A stretch of 64,000 nt of DNA from the human T2T-CHM13v2.0 reference genome, Homo sapiens. A program made the position numbers and the translations under genes. Under the pieces are notes generated by a model. That model ran no database searches and was not told the DNA's origin. It saw nothing but the letters and a program-made list of their open reading frames with translations. The stretch is taken from NCBI RefSeq assembly GCF_009914755.1, contig NC_060941.1. One strand, 5' to 3'. Below, in pieces: positions 55,166 through 64,000 of this stretch. Every line of letters starts with the position of its first letter. Position 1 is the stretch's first letter.

Positions 55166-55654
55166 TTTTTTCCACAATGATGGTGAAGCTAAATAATTAG
55201 AATAGAAAATTTGGAATACTTCATTTGGCATTTTATATCTTTACGTCAATTTGTTTATGACATGTTTGGTTTTAGGTTTATTATACAAAGAATGTAAAAC
55301 AATTTCAATTAAAAATGCATACTACTTTCTTAATTTCTCTTAATTACTTATAAGTAGGCAGTTTAATAACGAAATAAACCTTTCAAGACAAATGGTGATC
55401 TCTGAAAAAGTCTTGGACTGATTTGAGGTAAAATCTATAGCGAAATATGACTGAGGTGTCACTAGATTAGACTGCTGTTAATTTTTATGTATCAGTGTGA
55501 AAACAAATGGATGAAGAGAACCACCTAATATGAATATTTACGTGAAACTAGAAGTGCCCTAGGATCTTTGAATAATTTTAAATTGCATTTAGCTAAGGAA
55601 GACTTATTTGAGGACAATACTTTGTATGAATTACTTTATCAAAACTCAAGAATG

Positions 55655-55945
55655 GGCCAGGCACTGTGGCTCACACCTGTAATCCCAGCAACTTAGGGAG
55701 GCAGAGAAGGGCAGATCACGAGGCCAGGAGTTCGAGACCAGCCTGGCCAACATGGTGAAACCCCATCTCTACTAAAAATACAAAAACTAGCTGGGCATGG
55801 TGGTGCACACCTGTAGTCCCAGCTACTCAGAAGGCTGAGGCAGGAGAATCACTTGAACCTGGAGGTGAAGGTTGCAGTGAGCCCAGAGCACACCACTGCA
55901 TTCCAGCCTGGGCAACAGACCAAGACTCTGTCTCAAAAAAAGAAA
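55655..55945 (+). mobile_element. AluS in BRIP1 3'UTR
   Basis: TSD aaaactcaagaat. Confidence 0.95.
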
Positions 55946-56099
55946 CCCAAAAACTCAAGAATAATAACATTTACATTTCTGAACATAAAATAGTTTTTTA
56001 AAAAGTATGCCACTTATTCAATTTACAAATTATTACTTACAACAGAGTTTAACATAAGCATGATGACATATTTTTACTTAGCTTGAGAGTTAAGTATTA

Positions 56100-56960
<861 letters not shown>

Positions 56961-57562
56961 TTAAGAGATTTAACTTTCTGCTCCTAGCTAACATAATTGC
57001 TAGGTTAAAATAATTATTTATTAGAAATACCTAAATAACTGTATAGGATACATAACTTAGAGCCCCCAACGAATACTAGTGGATTTTCATCTTGGAACAG
57101 AATATTAACTCTGAAAGAAATCTTAGGTCTCTAATGTTTCCTAGCCCAGGTTATAATGCTGTCTGGTAAACTATCAAATTCCACAGCAGGGAGCTCAAGA
57201 ATGAATGAGGAAAGAAGGGGTAAAAGGGAAGAGGAAGGGAGCTGAGGAAAGGAGGGAACAGGCTGTAAACATTTGCCTTGAAAATCCACTAACCAGTGAC
57301 TGAGAAAAACTTACCTAGACTAATTCTTTTATTTAATAAATAAGGAAAGTGACATAAGGCTAAGTTATTTGCTCAAAGTTATAAAACTGGTTAGTAAGAA
57401 GACCAAGACTAGAAACTAGGTTTCCTGATTACCAAGTTAATCGGCTTGAATTCACTATTTATAGTGAATTTTGTATTACTATTTTGTAGTATTTATATAC
57501 AAAATTGTATTACTATTTTGTAGTACTTATATACTACAAAATACATGTTTAAAAATTGATGT

Positions 57563-57812
57563 TTTTCTTTTTTTTAGTCCGAGTTTTGCTTTTGTTGCCC
57601 AGGCTGGAGTGCAATGGCGCAATCCTGGCTCACTGCAACCTCCACCTCCCAGTTCAAGCAATTCTCCTGCCTCAGCCTCCTGAGTAGCTGGGATTACAGA
57701 CAGCTGCCTCCACACCCAGCTAATTTTTGTATTTTTTTAGTAGAGACGGTGTTTCACCACACTGGTCAGGCTGGTCTCGGACTCCTGACCTCGGATGATC
57801 CACCCGCCTTGG
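57563..57812 (-). mobile_element. AluS (5'-truncated), intron 19
   Basis: Alu consensus match. Confidence 0.92.
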
Positions 57813-57856
57813 ATATATGAATTAAAACAACTGAAATTATATCCAATGGAATAGAC

Positions 57857-58093
57857 CAGAGTTTGGCAAACCTTTTCTGTCATAGGCCAGATAGGAATAT
57901 TTAGGCTTTGTGGAGCATAATGTATCTGTTGCGACTACTCAATTATGCTGTTCTAGTGCAATACACACAAATACTCAACTCTGCTGTTGTTTCTAAAATG
58001 TAAATAAATGGGCATGACTACATTTCATTAAACTTTATTTACAAAAACAGGCAGCAGGCCAAATTTGGCCCATGGGCCACAGTTTGCCAATCT
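57857..58093. mobile_element. MER58-type hAT DNA transposon
   Basis: ttggcaaac...gtttgccaa inverted termini. Confidence 0.75.
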
Positions 58094-58559
58094 GATACAG
58101 ATGATTATTTCAAAATATTTTAAAATATTATTTTTCATCACTTAAAATAAATGTCTCTCACCTCCTAAAAATAAGTTCATAAGAACTATCTATATAGGAA
58201 AAGTAGTTCATATAGAAGTATCTACATAAAAATTAGGCCAAATTTTTATATAGCCTTTAGAATAACATCTACCACTTACATGGTACTTTACAATGCTGTG
58301 ATATTTATAATTTTGACCTTTACAACCCAACCTGAAGGGATAGCTAGGCAGGCATTTTTTTTTTCCTATTACGACTCAAAAAGGACAAATGACTTGCTCA
58401 TGATCACAAAGCTAGTAAGTGGCAAAGCCAGTTAGTGGAAAACCAGAAAATATGCTCTGGTCTCCTGACAAAAGTTTGTTCCCATTACAGTACACCATAC
58501 TGTTTCACTATTTTATGATAACACCTTATATTACAAACCACCATATTTAAGGAATTTAT

Positions 58560-59006
<447 letters not shown>

Positions 59007-59896
59007 TTAGTTATTAAAATATTACATGCTAAGGTAATACACTTGCTTTTTCTAGTGAAGTAACCTAATTTGTATTTTGAATATACAGAATGGTTCTCCA
59101 TATGTTTTTTCTGCAATTCAGCAATTTTACTACATATGTATCAGTAACATATGAGTAACATTCTCTTTATATACAGTAATTGTCAAATGGAGAGAGCAAA
59201 GAGGCAGTAGAAGTAGGGCAGAGATGGGAAAACATATTCTCTGGTTAAGAATAACTGGTGAACATGGCAAATTTAATTTCATCATAATTCCCCACAAAAA
59301 TTGCCTTTTTTTTTTGTAGGGAAACTAGAAGTTGTAAACAATACAACTTTCCATTCTAATATTCTAAATTTTACTCCTTTTGCAAAAATAATTTCAAGAT
59401 TCTAGTCTCAAGTTTTTTTGTTCCCTTCCTCCACCAATTCCAAATATATCTTAAATTAAAATTATTCTGGAGGTGAAATAAATAACACTGTCTTATGGGT
59501 AAATCACATCCCTTCTGAATTTTTATGATATAATTATTTTTAATATATAATCAAGTTATAAAGGATATGATTTGACCTGTGACATAAAAACTGCACAAAA
59601 ATGAAACCTAAGAGTTTAAGGTGTTTTCTAGTATGGTGTGCTTCCAAATGAAATGCAAAATCAGGTATTTGGACTTTTACAAAATAAATATTCCCTGCTA
59701 ACACTACTAAAACTAGCATCATCTTTTGGAGGAATTAGTTTTAAAAGTCACTATAGGGTAAAAATTTAAGTTCTAGATTTTAAAACTAAAAAAATTTTAA
59801 ATAAGCCATTTCCCTTGAAGTTTTTTATTTTGTTCATTTGGGGAATATGATTAGACCATAAAAATATGTGAAATTCTCTAAAATTGAAAATTTTTA

Positions 59897-60050
59897 GGCT
59901 GAGTGTGGTGGCTCACATGTATAATCCCAGCATTTGGGGAGGCTGAGGTGGGAAGATTGCTTGAGGCCAGGAGTTCAAGGTTTCAGTGAACTATGATCAC
60001 GTCACTGCACTCCAGCCTGGGCAACAGAGTAAGACCTGTCTCTAAAAAAG
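59897..60050 (+). mobile_element. FLAM_C-type Alu monomer
   Basis: Single arm with A tail. Confidence 0.85.
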
Positions 60051-60559
60051 AAATAAGTAAATAAAAATAAGAATTTTAGTACTATATTTACCTCTTCATT
60101 TCAACCTTTTTATAATCAAAGAAAGCCTTTTCAATGTAAAATATCATTGTCTGCTTTTGAAAACTTGAAAGAATCTGAGCTCCACCTGCTGACTAGACAC
60201 CAGCACTTAGCATTTTTGCCTTTAGTTACTGTTTGACCTATGCTACTGCACACTTTACGTGGAAAGGGAAGATAAAACAAATAAAGCAATATTTTCTGCT
60301 TTATGTTTTAATATCAAACCAAATACAGTCATTAAGCTCTGAAATTGAAAAGGTAGAGTCTACACCCACACATGGCTAATCTAAAACAAAATTTAACATC
60401 TCTTTATTATAATAAAATGTATTTTTTTTTTAGCTAAAAGGTAATAATAAAGATACACATGTATCCCATAGCTCTTTAGTAATCACTCCTGGTATTGACT
60501 CTGAAAACTGTTTACTGTTGGATGAAACCATCGAGTGAGAAAAAAATGATACTACTGCC

Positions 60560-63760
<3,201 letters not shown>

Positions 63761-63762
63761 GT

Positions 63763-64000
63763 ATGAATGAAGCTGGAAACCATCATTCTCAGCACACTAC
63801 CGCAAGGACAGAAAACCAAACATGGCATGTTCTCACTCATAGGTGAGAACTGAACAATGAGAACACTTGGACACAGGAAGGGGGACATCACACACCGGGG
63901 CCTGTTGTGGGGTGGGGGGAGAGGGGGGAGGGATAGCATTAGGAGATATACCTAATGTAAACGACAAGTTAATGGGTGCAGCACACTAACATGGGACATG
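63763..64000 (+). mobile_element. L1PA 3' end (runs off the window)
   Basis: gaagctggaaaccatcattctcagc... G-rich 3'UTR tract. Confidence 0.92.

Noticed and set aside
59540-59722. Alternative BRIP1 terminal exon in intron 18 (ctcttag|GTTTC...)
   Set aside because: Only an acceptor-like AG and a short AT-rich ORF; no further support.
63905-63935. G-quadruplex motif inside the G4-helicase gene
   Set aside because: It is the standard G-rich tract of any L1PA 3'UTR; not locus-specific.

Overview
Human (or very close great-ape) genomic DNA at the 3' end of BRIP1/FANCJ (17q23, minus strand). The window holds exon 19 (58640-58969), exon 20 (CDS 56100-56944, with the BRCA1-binding pS990-P-T-F motif, T1133 and terminal K1249) and a ~4.1 kb 3'UTR. 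About 52 kb of downstream DNA is dominated by L1, Alu, MaLR/ERV LTRs, MIR/L2 and DNA-transposon relics. The main unexplained signal is a chain of ~14 exon-shaped segments on the BRIP1 strand. They run from inside the 3'UTR (55524) to ~32.1 kb, possibly to ~19.3 kb. They have AG/GT boundaries, mostly compatible reading phases and sparse stop codons. The chain can be entered in frame from a cryptic AAAG|gcatgt donor 7 codons before the BRIP1 stop. One segment is split by a near-full-length L1PA and another is locally duplicated. This suggests a decayed long C-terminal BRIP1 isoform or a lost neighbouring gene (unitary pseudogene). It was read by eye and needs comparative confirmation. Repeat subfamily names and boundaries are approximate.
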